DNA from: Tissierellia bacterium | GTDB lineage: Bacteria > Bacillota > Clostridia > Tissierellales > Peptoniphilaceae | Direction: 5' to 3' | NCBI GenBank assembly: GCA_030532305.1 | Contig: JAUNLJ010000005.1 | Location: forward strand, 8,820 to 72,819 | DNA: 64,000 nt | Part shown: in pieces, positions 8,268 through 17,848 of the stretch | Position numbering within the stretch: the stretch's first letter is position 1 | Layout: each line of letters begins with the position of its first letter | The notes under the pieces: generated by a model | Told to the model about the DNA's origin: nothing | The model's database searches: none | The model's input: the letters and a program-made list of their open reading frames with translations, nothing else | Position numbers and translations under genes: made by a program

Positions 8268-8744
8268 CTATCTTGTTATAAGTTTTTGGAAAATTTCTCT
8301 GTCTTCTAAAATCCGGTAAAGAGGGATAGAAATAAGGCTACAGATAATAAATTCAGATAGCATAACAGACCCGGTCATGGAGGCAAACCCCACCAGGCCG
8401 CCCCCAAAGGCTAGGGTGAGTTCAAAGCCAATGATAAAAGAAAAGAGGGTGGGCCAAAGGCTGGCTACATAGAGGGACCGGCTTTTTGTCATACCGTAGA
8501 GGCTAATGGCTGTATGGAAGGTCCCAAAGACCAGGTCATAGGCCCCTAGGGGGGAGGATAGGTTGGATAGGAAGACCCCTAAAACAATCCCCGGGGCCAT
8601 GGCTGGGTTATAAAAGGCCAAGAGGTTTAGGACCTCGGCCACCCTAAACTGGATGGGCCCATAGGATATGGACTGAAAAACCAGGGTCATAACCAGGTAA
8701 ATGGCCGCCACCAGGGCTGTACTTGTTATTTTTTTTGCCTTCAT
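8268..8744 (-). CDS. queT: QueT-family transporter (queuosine precursor ECF S component)
   Basis: Polytopic membrane protein. The N-terminal ALVAAIYLVMTLVFQSISYGPIQFRVAEVLNLL pattern is typical of QueT. Its start overlaps the upstream stop. Confidence 0.6.
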   Translation of the reverse strand: MKAKKITSTALVAAIYLVMTLVFQSISYGPIQFRVAEVLNLLAFYNPAMAPGIVLGVFLSNLSSPLGAYDLVFGTFHTAISLYGMTKSRSLYVASLWPTLFSFIIGFELTLAFGGGLVGFASMTGSVMLSEFIICSLISIPLYRILEDREIFQKLITR

Positions 8745-9244
8745 TATTTGGATTCTCCTTCTTTATTCTTATGGGCCAGACGGGAGGCCGCCGCTGCTGC
8801 AATGGCGGCCACAATATCATCTGTAAAGGTGGTGACCTCCTTGCCCTTTCTTTTATCTAGCTGGTCAATAATACCGATTTTTTTCTTGTCCAGGTAGCCA
8901 AAATTGGTTAGGCCAATGGACCCATAGAGGTTGACTATGGCCAGGCTCATAACCTCATCAATTCCATAGAGGCCCTCGTCTTCTTCAATAATGGACTGGA
9001 TGGGCTCAGGGAAAAGCTTTTGGTCCACCACCTGGTCAATGGCCAGGGCCGTTAGGACGGCATGGATGGTTTCTCGCTTTCTTAAAACCGCCTGAACATG
9101 GTCTTGGCATTCTTCCAGACTGATCTCCCCATAGTCCTTTTGAAGTTCATAGACAATTTTAGCAATGTCTTGGACCTGGACCCCCTTTTTATTGAGCTGG
9201 TCTATGGTTTTTTTATTTAATTCTTCCATATTGTACTTATACAT
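8744..9244 (-). CDS. PgpA-family protein (B. subtilis YutG-like phosphatidylglycerophosphatase A)
   Basis: IAKIVYELQKDY...LYGIDEVMSLAIVNLYGSIGLTNFGYLDKKK...AAAAASRLAH is colinear with YutG from memory. Confidence 0.65.
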   Translation of the reverse strand: MYKYNMEELNKKTIDQLNKKGVQVQDIAKIVYELQKDYGEISLEECQDHVQAVLRKRETIHAVLTALAIDQVVDQKLFPEPIQSIIEEDEGLYGIDEVMSLAIVNLYGSIGLTNFGYLDKKKIGIIDQLDKRKGKEVTTFTDDIVAAIAAAAASRLAHKNKEGESK

Positions 9245-9746
9245 CTTGTCTCTCCTTTCTGCGCCGCATTTTACGGCTTTGAAACCGGATCCAGGCCACC
9301 AGGTTGGATAAAATCATAAGGCCTGGGGGTATAAGGGCCTGGACAAGGATTAGGTCCCTACTCCCCTTAAATCCTAAGAGGTGGCTGGCGTACTGGGCCG
9401 GAAAGACAAAAATATCATAGGGCAGGCGCCAAAGGCTGGCCCCTACCGGCCCTGTAAAAAAGTCTCTCCCTAGGCCTAAAAAGGCCACCAGGCCCCAAAA
9501 AAGGGCCAGGCCCAGGGGAAGGACCCCCGATAGGAGCAGGCCCACCAGGCCCATATCTCTTTTTAAAAGCTTGCCCATATAATAATAGACTAGAATCACC
9601 AAACCCACAAGGACATAGGGGATCAAGGGGCTCCCATAGAAAAAGGCTTCCACTTGTGGGGTCCGGCTAATGGCCAGGGCCAGGACCATAAAGACCAGGC
9701 TGGCTATAAGCTGTAAAATAGTGGTCAATAGATTGTTTTTAAACAT
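9237..9746 (-). CDS. hypothetical polytopic membrane protein
   Basis: ORF with RBS. It has several hydrophobic segments and a basic C-terminal tail. I recognised no family. Confidence 0.5.
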   Translation of the reverse strand: MFKNNLLTTILQLIASLVFMVLALAISRTPQVEAFFYGSPLIPYVLVGLVILVYYYMGKLLKRDMGLVGLLLSGVLPLGLALFWGLVAFLGLGRDFFTGPVGASLWRLPYDIFVFPAQYASHLLGFKGSRDLILVQALIPPGLMILSNLVAWIRFQSRKMRRRKERQDV

Positions 9747-9754
9747 AGGCCCAC

Positions 9755-10867
9755 CTACTTGAACTTGAGCATGGCCTCAAGACCTGGGGTCATAAAGGCA
9801 TGGCCCTCCCGGTCTAGCCAGTAGGCCTCCACCCCGTCTAGGCTATCGATAAGGGCCCGTCCCTCTTCATAGGGCATAAGGAAGATGGCTGTAGACAGAA
9901 AGTCCCCTAGGCCACTGTCCTTAGTCACCACGGTGGTGGCCTGGAAATGCTCTCCCGGATAAAGGCTGTCTGGGTCAATAATATGGTGGTAGATCTTTCC
10001 CTCCACCTGATAAAAACGCTGGTAGTCCCCTGAAGAGACCACAGACAGGTCCTGGACCTCCAGGACGGCTAAGACATTGTCGTGGCCCCCCTGGGGGTCC
10101 CGAATGGCCTGGGGATTTTGTAGGCCAATGGCAAAGGCCTCCCGGCCATCCATGGGCCGGCCGATGGTCCGGACATTGCCCCCAGCAGAAATAAAGCCCG
10201 ACTTTAGGCCCATGGCCTCCAGTTCCTGGGCCACCACTTCTGTGGCATAGCCCTTGGCCACCGCCCCCACATCCAACTTTATCTTAGGATCCAAGATCTC
10301 TACAGTCAGCTGGTCCTTATCCAGGATTATCTTAGAAGGATCCATATGCCTGGCAGCCTCTTCCAGCTCTTCTTGCGGCGGCAACTGGGCCTCAGCCTTT
10401 GCCCCCTCTAAGTCTTGAGACAGGCTCCCCTGGATATGACCCTCCCGGTATTGGTGCCAGGTTTGGGTGAGAGACCCCATGGCAATGTTGACCTTAGAAG
10501 ACAGGTCCTCCTGCCTTTTAAGGGAGGTCTCCAAAAGGTCAAAGAGCAGGGGGTCTACCTGGAGGGGGCCCCCTCCGGCCCTATCGTTTAGGGTCTTGAC
10601 ATTGGTGACCCCCTCCACATCCTCAAAGCTGGTAAAAAGCTGGTGGAGGTCTAAAAAACGCTGGTGGACATAGTCTTCATAGGTCTTGGCCTCCTCTTCA
10701 CTTTGGGTATAGACCGTCACATCCACAATGGTGTCAAAGGTATCATAAAAAGTAAATGTATAGGGCTGCCAGTCTTCTCTGGCCTCCCCCTCTTCCTGGG
10801 CTGGGTTTTGGCAAGCCACCAGAAAGATTAGGCCCCATAGGGCCAAAAGGGTCAATCCTTTTTTCAT
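9755..10867 (-). CDS. apbE: FAD:protein FMN transferase ApbE, lipoprotein
   Basis: Lipobox LIFLVAC. Motifs GAVAKGYATE, ISAGGNV and SSGDYQRFY...HHIIDP. Confidence 0.85.
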   Translation of the reverse strand: MKKGLTLLALWGLIFLVACQNPAQEEGEAREDWQPYTFTFYDTFDTIVDVTVYTQSEEEAKTYEDYVHQRFLDLHQLFTSFEDVEGVTNVKTLNDRAGGGPLQVDPLLFDLLETSLKRQEDLSSKVNIAMGSLTQTWHQYREGHIQGSLSQDLEGAKAEAQLPPQEELEEAARHMDPSKIILDKDQLTVEILDPKIKLDVGAVAKGYATEVVAQELEAMGLKSGFISAGGNVRTIGRPMDGREAFAIGLQNPQAIRDPQGGHDNVLAVLEVQDLSVVSSGDYQRFYQVEGKIYHHIIDPDSLYPGEHFQATTVVTKDSGLGDFLSTAIFLMPYEEGRALIDSLDGVEAYWLDREGHAFMTPGLEAMLKFK

Positions 10868-11068
10868 CTCTACATCCTTCCTCTAAATTTCTCTTATACA
10901 AAGTCTATTTTACCAAAAATAAGAAGGCCTTTCAAACCCAGCTAGAAGAGGACTCCTTTTTAAAAAAATATAGGAAGACTATTTAGACTTTTTTCTATAA
11001 AACATGGATTTTTTCTAGGATTTCCTGTATAATATATCTTTGATTGAACTACAGCAAGGAGGTATGAA

Positions 11069-11728
11069 ATGGCGGACTATAAAATAAGCCTTAAGAAAAG
11101 AGAAGACCTTGGTAAAAATAAGGTCAACAAACTAAGAAATGATGGCCAAATCCCTGGTGTTCTTTACTCCAAGGGTGAAGAAGCTATTCACGTATATGGA
11201 GCAAAAAATGAGGTTGAGAAGATTTCCAATGAAGCCGGTACTTCCAATCTAGTTGACGTCGATCTTGATGGGGAAAAGACACTTGCCCTATTTAAGGAGA
11301 TTCAAAAACATCCATATAAGAATCAAATCCTACATTTTGATATGCAAGGGGTTAGCCTATCTGAAAAACTACGTATTTCTATCCCAGTGGTCCTTGAAAA
11401 TAGGGACAACATTCAAGTTCAGCCCTCAGTCCTTCTTCAACTCCTAGACGAAGTTGAAGTTGAGGTTCTAGCTTCCAACCTACCCAGTGAAGCCCTTGTA
11501 GACGTTGCCAACATGCAACTTAACGATGTGCTTACTGTGGCAGATACTGATGTTGCCAAGATTGATGGTATCACCGTGATCACTGACCTAGATGAACCCG
11601 TAGCTTCCCTATCTGAACCCCGTGAAGAAGTCATTGAAGATGACCTTGGCGAAGGTCTTGAAGATACTTCAGCTGCTGACGTGCCCACTGTTGACGAAAC
11701 AGAAGCCGGCGAAGCCGAAGAGGAATAA
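11069..11728 (+). CDS. rplY: 50S ribosomal protein L25 / general stress protein Ctc
   Basis: N-terminal L25 domain (KVNKLRNDGQIPGVLYSKG) and an acidic C-terminal tail. AAGGAGG RBS. Confidence 0.85.
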   Translation: MADYKISLKKREDLGKNKVNKLRNDGQIPGVLYSKGEEAIHVYGAKNEVEKISNEAGTSNLVDVDLDGEKTLALFKEIQKHPYKNQILHFDMQGVSLSEKLRISIPVVLENRDNIQVQPSVLLQLLDEVEVEVLASNLPSEALVDVANMQLNDVLTVADTDVAKIDGITVITDLDEPVASLSEPREEVIEDDLGEGLEDTSAADVPTVDETEAGEAEEE

Positions 11729-11760
11729 AGCCCAAGACCTATTTAGGATGATAAAGATAA

Positions 11761-11792
11761 AAGACCCTGTCCTTGAGACAGGGTCTTTTTTT
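11761..11792 (+). terminator. rplY intrinsic terminator
   Basis: AAGACCCTGTC-loop-GACAGGGTCTT followed by a T-run. Confidence 0.8.
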
Positions 11793-11839
11793 GCTTAAAT
11801 TTTTCTATAAAGTCTCTCCCCTAAAAGGGACCTGGCGGG

Positions 11840-12448
11840 CTATTTAATATGCTTGGACAATTTTTTGTAGACCAAAAGGGTCACTAGGGAGGTTAAAAAG
11901 GCCTTAATCAGGTTAAAGGGTAGGACAGAATAGACCATAAAGCTAAAGAGGTCCTGGATCCTATCAGATACAGCCGTCCCCATGGCGATAATCATATCGA
12001 GGCCCATGAGTTTCCCATAAAGGGGGAAGATAACAAAGTAGTTGGAGACAACCCCCAAGATACTCATCCCAATTCCCCCCACGAAAAGGCCCATAATGGC
12101 CCCCTTGTAGGTCCTTTTATACTTGTAGATAAGACCGGCCAGGCCCACATAGGTGGCCCCTAAAAGGAAGTTGCTCAGCTCCCCAACCCCACCGGTCATA
12201 GTTCCCTTGACAAAAATATGGAGGATGTTCTTGTTAAGCTCGATTAGGATCCCGTAAAGAGGCCCCATGGCAAAACTCCCAATAAGGGCTGGCACATCTG
12301 AAAAGTCCAAAACCATAAAGGGGGGTGCAATAAAGGCCAGGGGAATCTCAATATACATAAACAAAAAGGCCACCACAGACAGGATGGAACTTTGAACCAA
12401 ATACCTAAAACCCACCTGCCGACCATCTACTCTATTAAACAAATCCAT
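11840..12448 (-). CDS. ribU: riboflavin ECF transporter S component (RibU-like); start corrected to MDLFN
   Basis: Membrane protein downstream of an FMN riboswitch. AAGGAGG sits 7 nt before the ATG at 12448. The ORF-track start at 12499 lies inside the riboswitch terminator hairpin. Confidence 0.75.
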   Translation of the reverse strand: MDLFNRVDGRQVGFRYLVQSSILSVVAFLFMYIEIPLAFIAPPFMVLDFSDVPALIGSFAMGPLYGILIELNKNILHIFVKGTMTGGVGELSNFLLGATYVGLAGLIYKYKRTYKGAIMGLFVGGIGMSILGVVSNYFVIFPLYGKLMGLDMIIAMGTAVSDRIQDLFSFMVYSVLPFNLIKAFLTSLVTLLVYKKLSKHIK

Positions 12449-12477
12449 GGGTAAAACCTCCTTATCATTCATAAAAA

Positions 12478-12625
12478 ATGCGCCCAAAGAAGGGCGCATG
12501 AAAAAACTGCTCTTCTTTCATCCAGACTATCACTGTCGGTTACGGAATTACACCGTATCGGTCCGAAGACTCGTGGACTGTAACCACCGGTGAGGAATCA
12601 CACCTCGCCCTGAAGACTTTTTATG
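12478..12625 (-). promoter_or_regulatory. FMN riboswitch (RFN element) with terminator expression platform
   Basis: Minus strand reads CUUCAGGGCGAGGUGUGAUUCCUCACCGGUGGU...GAUACGGUGUAAUUCCGUAACCGACAGUGAUAGUCUGGAUGAAAGAAGAG, then hairpin AUGCGCCC-UUCUUU-GGGCGCAU plus a U-run (12478-12506). Extended -10 TGTTATAAT lies near 12641-12649. Confidence 0.9.
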
Positions 12626-12672
12626 TCTTTAATTGATTATATTATAACATACTTGCCCTAAAAAAACCAGGC

Positions 12673-14063
12673 CTAAGAGATTTTTTGAGTATCACTATTA
12701 TAAACCACCACTGGCAGGCCAATATAGGTCTCCTTAAAGAACTGGCCCACCACTGGAGGGGGCATATTGACACAGCCATTGGACCCGTTCCCCTTGTAGA
12801 TCTGGCCTCCAAAGCTCCCCCGCCAACTGGCGTCATGAAGGCCTTCCCCAGACCAGTTAAAGGGCATCCAATAGGAGACAAAGCTGTTCCAGGTCTGGCC
12901 CGTTAGGTAGCGGTTGGTTTCCCGGCTCCAGATCATGCCTGTTCCTGTTTCTGTTCCACTGCCCTTGGTGATGTCCCCTGTTACCACCGGCGTCTCCATA
13001 ATAAGCTGGCCCTCCTTGTAAAACCAGAGCTGTTGACGGGCAATGTCTATTTCAACATAGGAGTTTCCTATGTCACTCTGGCCATGGGCCTGGCCCCTTC
13101 TGGAATAAACCGGCTCCAGGGTCTGGGTCTTCTTGGCCTCCAGGGCCTCCACCAGGGCCGTCTTGGTGGCCTCCTGGTCAATGACCCAGCCAAAAATCCC
13201 CCCGGGACCCGAGCCACTCCCCCACCTGTCATGGGAAAGTCCCTAGTCATGCCAGCTGTATTGTAACGGGCAGCCAGCCCCCCTACATAGGCCTCGGCGG
13301 CCTCGGGATTAACCTGAAGGCTCCCATCGGCCCCCTCCCCATATAGGGCCAGAAGGGCCTCGCCTGAAAGCTCTTCCCGGGTCTCTCCAAACTGGTAGGC
13401 CAGGCTAAAGCCCCCAATCTCATTTAGGGACTGGACCTTTTTTTCCAGCTGGGCCCGGTCCACCCCTGGGTCGGCCTTGGCATAGAGGTCTGCCTGGTCT
13501 AGGTCCAGACTTTCCTGGTGGGTCCTCACCGCCTCCACCAGGCCCTCTTTTAGCTTGGCCCAGTCCAGACGGTTGCCCGCTTCGGCCTCCTTAATCCCAT
13601 AACCCTTCCCCTCCTCATAGACTATAGAGACCGGGGCAGGATTCACAATATCCGGGTCTTTCACCACATGGAGGTCCAGCATGGCCTGGCCCAACTTGAC
13701 CTCATCAAAGGACTCCTCATAGGCCAAGTTATAGGTCTTGTCCACCAGGGCCGTAAGGGGCCAGTGGTAGGGAGCCTGGCTTATCTGGGCCCCCGGCTTA
13801 AGCTGGGCCCTATAGGCAAAGTCTGCCGCCCTTAGCCTGTCCTTTTTTTCTCCCCGGCCCTCTATCTTGAGGCTATAGTCCTCCCAAAGGCCCGAATATC
13901 TGGCCTCTAGCTGGTCCTTTTTCTCCAGGGAATAATCCACCCCATTGATATAGGTCCTGGGCTGAAAATAATGGGTGAAATAGGCCACCCCTGCAAAGTA
14001 AACACCTGCTATAATAACCAATAAAACCAAGCCAATCTGGCCTAAACGCTTCATACCACTCAC
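12673..14063 (-). pseudogene. L,D-transpeptidase (YkuD domain) with N-terminal membrane anchor, split by a frameshift (or assembly error)
   Basis: Track ORFs 13068..14063 and 12673..13152 are N- and C-terminal parts in different frames. The C-part carries the YkuD site GLHDASW...SNGCVNM. The N-part ends in a nonsense Arg/Pro/Trp tail. Adding one base at C6 (13198-13203) or C5 (13219-13223) restores ...FPMTGGG...GGIFGWVIDQEATK... Confidence 0.75.
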
Positions 14064-14105
14064 CTCTTATCTTATTTCTCTTCTTAAAGAAGGCCCAATC
14101 TCTTC

Positions 14106-14134
14106 TTGACGAAGGCCTCCCTTTGTTTTATGAT
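14106..14134 (+). promoter_or_regulatory. sigma-A type promoter for the IclR-family gene
   Basis: TTGACG, 17 nt spacer, TATGAT. Confidence 0.4.
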
Positions 14135-14198
14135 GAAGATGTTATATAATACGCTATTATAAAATTAAAAACTATATTAGTAAATGAGGAATCCCATG

Positions 14199-14969
14199 AA
14201 AAAAGTAAAAATCATCCAATCCCTGGAGCGGGCCTCTAGGATTATCGACTGTTTCAACAGCCACAAGCCCCGGCTCAAACTGGCCGACATTTCTCAGGCC
14301 CTAGACTTAAATATTAACACAACCCGGGGCCTAGTCAATACCCTAGTTTATTTAGGCTACCTCCACCAGGACCCCGACAACGGAGACTACTTCCTAGGCT
14401 ACCGTTTTGTCCCCAAGGCCCAGCATGTGGAAGAACAACTATTATACCACATCCAGCCCCTGGTCAAGCCCTTCCTAAAGGACATGGCCGAAAAATATTG
14501 TGTCACCACCCGGATGCAGATGGTCTCCTCCGGCAACCTCTTTACCATTTACACCGAAGTCCCCTCCAACGCCCGTTACCTCCTGATGACCCGGGCCGGC
14601 ATCGCCTTCCCCCTCCATGCCACCTCCTCCGGCAAGGCCTACCTGGCCCACTTACCCCAGGTCACCCAGGAAAATTACCTAAAGGAGATTAACTATATCA
14701 AGTATACCCCAAATACCCTGGCCTCTCCCCAGGAATTAAGGGCAGAAATTAAAGAAATCCTAAAACAAGGCTATGCCCTAGAGCTAGATGAAATTGACGA
14801 AGGCATTGCCTCCATGGCCTTCCCCCTCCTAAACCACCACAAGACCTGCTACGGAACCCTCTCCTTCACCGCCCCTACAGAAGAAATCCTAGACTACAAG
14901 GAGGCCATTAATAAAGATGTCCGCCTCTTTTTACAGGGGGTGGAAAAAGAATTTAAAGACCAGGCCTAA
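14199..14969 (+). CDS. IclR family transcriptional regulator
   Basis: N-terminal wHTH (IQSLERASRIIDCF...LKLADISQALDLNINTTRGLVNTL) and a C-terminal IclR effector domain. GAGGAA lies 4 nt before the ATG at 14199; ATG 14184 is the alternative start. Confidence 0.8.
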   Translation, partial: KKVKIIQSLERASRIIDCFNSHKPRLKLADISQALDLNINTTRGLVNTLVYLGYLHQDPDNGDYFLGYRFVPKAQHVEEQLLYHIQPLVKPFLKDMAEKYCVTTRMQMVSSGNLFTIYTEVPSNARYLLMTRAGIAFPLHATSSGKAYLAHLPQVTQENYLKEINYIKYTPNTLASPQELRAEIKEILKQGYALELDEIDEGIASMAFPLLNHHKTCYGTLSFTAPTEEILDYKEAINKDVRLFLQGVEKEFKDQA

Positions 14970-15014
14970 GGCCAGACCCTTCTTTTTAAGCCGGCCTAGA
15001 TTTTTCTAATCAAA

Positions 15015-15048
15015 AACAAGCAGCCCTTTCTCGGGCTGCTTGTTTTAC
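15015..15048 (+). terminator. intrinsic terminator after the IclR gene
   Basis: AACAAGCAGCCC-TTTCTC-GGGCTGCTTGTT followed by TTT. Confidence 0.75.
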
Positions 15049-15084
15049 TTTATGGGGCCTTTAAAATGCCTTTAAATCTCCCCA

Positions 15085-15121
15085 CAAAAAAAGATGTAGG
15101 GTCCCAGGGGATCCTACATCT
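15085..15121 (-). terminator. intrinsic terminator after the purine permease gene
   Basis: AGATGTAGG...CCTACATCT hairpin. The A-run on plus gives a U-run on the minus transcript. Confidence 0.6.
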
Positions 15122-15136
15122 TTTCCTTTTAGGTCC

Positions 15137-16558
15137 TTAGATAATGGCCATAAGGACAAAATTCACTATAAATAAAACTGTAGACACAATGAGGATGGGA
15201 TGGAGCTCATCCTTTTTGCCGAGGGCTAGTTTGATCAAGCAGTGGAAGATAAAACCGGCGGCAATCCCGTAGGAGATGCTGTAGGTGAGACCCATGAAGA
15301 TGGAGGAGAAGAAGGTGGGGATGGCCACTTCTAGGTCTAGCCAGTCAATATCCTTAAAGCTGGAGATCATCATAACCCCTACAATAATAAGGGCTGGGGC
15401 GGTGGCTTGGGCGGGCACAAGGCCGGCTAGGGGGGCTAGGAAGATGGATAGGAGGAAGAGGACAGCTACAACCACGGAGGCTAGACCTGTCCGGCCTCCG
15501 GCGCCGATGCCGGCTGCAGATTCTACAAAGGTGGTGGTGTTGGAGGTGCCTAGGATGGCGCCCACACTGGTCCCGATGGAGTCTGCAAAGAGGGCCCGGT
15601 CCATTTTAGACTTAAAGCCCCGGCCACTTTCCATCATCAGGTCTTCATCTTCTTGGGTGAAGATGCCAGATTGGCGGCCGGTTCCTATAAAGGTCCCAAT
15701 GGTGTCAAAGGTGTCGGAAAGGGAGAAGGCAAAGACGGTCATAAAGACCAGAAGATAGCGGTCGGGGTCTGAGAAGAGGCTTATAAGACCCTCTTTTCCC
15801 AGGGCTACCCCCATAACGGACCCTAGCTCTTCAAAGGCTTGGCCCACAGAAGAGCCTCCCCCTAGACTGGACAGGTCCACGACCCCCATGGGGATCCCGA
15901 TGACAGTGGTGGCTAGAATGCCGATAATAATGGCTCCCTTGACATTTTTAATCAGAAGGACCACGGTGATGGCTAGGCCAATAAGGGTCAAAATGGACCC
16001 GGCAGAGGTAAAGTTAACTAGGGCGGGGACGCCGGCAGATGACCCGATGACGGTCCCACTTTCTAGGATGTCGTAGGTACCTGGGTCAAAGGTAAATTCC
16101 AAAAGGCCCCCATTTTTTAGGCCGGTATAGGCAATAAAGATCCCGATCCCCCCACTAATCCCGTTGTGTAAGTATTTGGGGATAGAAATAATAATCTGTT
16201 TCCGGAAGGAGGAGATGGTAATTAGAATATTAATAATACCGCAGACAAAGACCATGGCCAGGGCTTCTTGCCAGGTAAAACCTAGGGCAAAGACCACGGT
16301 GTAGGTGAAAAAGGCATTTAGGCCCATCCCAGGGGCCAGGGCATAGGGTACGTTGGCATAAAGACCCATAAATAGGGTGGCTGCCACCGCTGCCAAGATG
16401 GTGGCTAGAAAGACGGCCCCCCAGGGGATCCCTGTTTGGGCTAGAATGGCTGGGTTAACAAAGATAATGTAGGACATGGCAAAAAAGGTGGTGACACCAG
16501 CTATCAGCTCGGTTCCGAAACTAGTGCCTGATTCCTTTAGACCAAAAAATTTTTCCAC
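15137..16558 (-). CDS. NCS2/AzgA-family purine permease (hypoxanthine/guanine/adenine type)
   Basis: MEKFFGLKESGTSFGTELIAGVTTFFAMSYIIFVNPAIL is a typical PbuG/PbuO N-terminus. Polytopic. GTG start with AAGGAGG RBS. Confidence 0.8.
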   Translation of the reverse strand: MEKFFGLKESGTSFGTELIAGVTTFFAMSYIIFVNPAILAQTGIPWGAVFLATILAAVAATLFMGLYANVPYALAPGMGLNAFFTYTVVFALGFTWQEALAMVFVCGIINILITISSFRKQIIISIPKYLHNGISGGIGIFIAYTGLKNGGLLEFTFDPGTYDILESGTVIGSSAGVPALVNFTSAGSILTLIGLAITVVLLIKNVKGAIIIGILATTVIGIPMGVVDLSSLGGGSSVGQAFEELGSVMGVALGKEGLISLFSDPDRYLLVFMTVFAFSLSDTFDTIGTFIGTGRQSGIFTQEDEDLMMESGRGFKSKMDRALFADSIGTSVGAILGTSNTTTFVESAAGIGAGGRTGLASVVVAVLFLLSIFLAPLAGLVPAQATAPALIIVGVMMISSFKDIDWLDLEVAIPTFFSSIFMGLTYSISYGIAAGFIFHCLIKLALGKKDELHPILIVSTVLFIVNFVLMAII

Positions 16559-16663
16559 GATGCCTCCTTATACTTTTGTAAATGGTTACATGAGACTAGA
16601 CACTTTAGCAATAAAGCAAAATATCCGTTAAGGTTGCCCTCAACGGATATTTTTTATATACAC

Positions 16664-17053
16664 TTACTTAAGTTCGATAGTTGCGCCAACTTCTTCGAAC
16701 TTAGCCTTCATTTCTTCAGCTTCTTCTTTAGCTACACCTTCCTTAACAGGCTTTGGTGCGCCGTCAACAATAGCCTTTGCTTCTTTTAGGCCAAGACCAG
16801 TAAGGTCTCTTACAACCTTGATAACCTTGATCTTTTGAGATCCGACGTCAGCAAGAACAACGTCAAATTCAGATTTTTCTTCAGCTGCAGCAGCGCCAGC
16901 GTCACCAGCAGCAGGAGCGGCAGCTACGGCAGCAACAGGAGCTGCAGCGCTTACGCCAAATACTTCTTCAAGTTCCTTAACAAGTTCGGATAGTTCGAGT
17001 ACAGTTAAATTTTGAACCTCTTCAATAAGAGCAGTTACTTTTTCGCTTGCCAT
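16664..17053 (-). CDS. rplL: 50S ribosomal protein L7/L12
   Basis: Ala-rich hinge and C-terminal [20 protein letters not shown]...GATIELK. Confidence 0.95.
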   Translation of the reverse strand: MASEKVTALIEEVQNLTVLELSELVKELEEVFGVSAAAPVAAVAAAPAAGDAGAAAAEEKSEFDVVLADVGSQKIKVIKVVRDLTGLGLKEAKAIVDGAPKPVKEGVAKEEAEEMKAKFEEVGATIELK

Positions 17054-17128
17054 GTTGATTTTCCTCCTAAATTAATATAAAGTTTTTTTATTTTTTTCTT
17101 TGATCCAGCACTTTTTTAGCTTAAGCTA

Positions 17129-17665
17129 TTAAGCACTTTCTTCTTCTTTTTTCTCTGCAATGGCCTTTAGGACAATGGCCAAACCACGGATATTGCCGTT
17201 GAGTACATTGGCAAGTCCTTGGATAGGACCATTTAAGCCGCCCAAGACTTGAGCAATAAGAACTTCCTTGCTGGGTAGCTTGGCAAGAGCCTTGACCTGG
17301 TCTAGGTCTAGGACATTTCCGTCCACAAAGCCACCCTTAACTTCTAAGACCTTGTGGTCTTCAGCGAATTTGGTGGTTATTCTAGCAGGTGCTGCTAGGT
17401 CTTCCATACCAAAGGCTAGGGCATTTGGGCCTGTTAGATAGTCGTCTAGGTCTTCATAGCCTAGTTCATGGAAGGCCCGTTTGGCCAAGGTGTTTTTGTA
17501 AACCTTGTAGTCCACGTCTGCCTCACGAAGTTGGTTTCTTAAGTCTGTGACTTCTTCTACAGTAAGACCCCGGTAGTTGACCACAACCATGGATTGAGAA
17601 TTTTGGATCTTCTCTTTAATTTCTTCAACCACAGCTGCCTTAGCTTGTAATTTAGCTTCTCTCAT
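17129..17665 (-). CDS. rplJ: 50S ribosomal protein L10
   Basis: VVEEIKEKI...MVVVNYRGLTVEEVTDLRNQLREA. It lies upstream of rplL. Confidence 0.95.
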   Translation of the reverse strand: MREAKLQAKAAVVEEIKEKIQNSQSMVVVNYRGLTVEEVTDLRNQLREADVDYKVYKNTLAKRAFHELGYEDLDDYLTGPNALAFGMEDLAAPARITTKFAEDHKVLEVKGGFVDGNVLDLDQVKALAKLPSKEVLIAQVLGGLNGPIQGLANVLNGNIRGLAIVLKAIAEKKEEESA

Positions 17666-17669
17666 TATG

Positions 17670-17830
17670 TCACCTCCCTATGCTTAGCTTCTTATGATTT
17701 TATGCAATAAAAAAATCACATTGCAGACACAATGAGATTAGAGAATCAAAATAAATATTCCTGTTCTCACCTCGGTAGGTTATTAAGGCGCCAGCCACCT
17801 ACTGTCTGCGGTTTAACAGGTATATTTTAT
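17670..17830 (-). promoter_or_regulatory. candidate L10 (rplJ) autoregulatory leader with attenuator
   Basis: Minus strand contains CCGCAGACAGUAGGUGG...CCUACCGAGGUG helices, then hairpin CAUUG-UGUCUG-CAAUG followed by a U7 run (17708-17736). Its position and U-run fit the Firmicute L10 leader. No covariance model was run. Confidence 0.4.
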
Positions 17831-17848
17831 CAAAGGATATTTTACAAG

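Noticed and set aside
12449-12499. N-terminal extension MRPSLGAFFMNDKEVLP of the RibU ORF
   Set aside because: These codons are the terminator stem and U-run of the FMN riboswitch expression platform. The RBS precedes the downstream ATG at 12448.
13068-13200. Arg/Pro/Trp-rich tail (RRPPRRPWWRPWRPRRPRPW) as a possible novel cationic repeat domain
   Set aside because: It is the out-of-frame read-through of the L,D-transpeptidase after a homopolymer frameshift. The other frame over the same DNA encodes conserved YkuD-family sequence.
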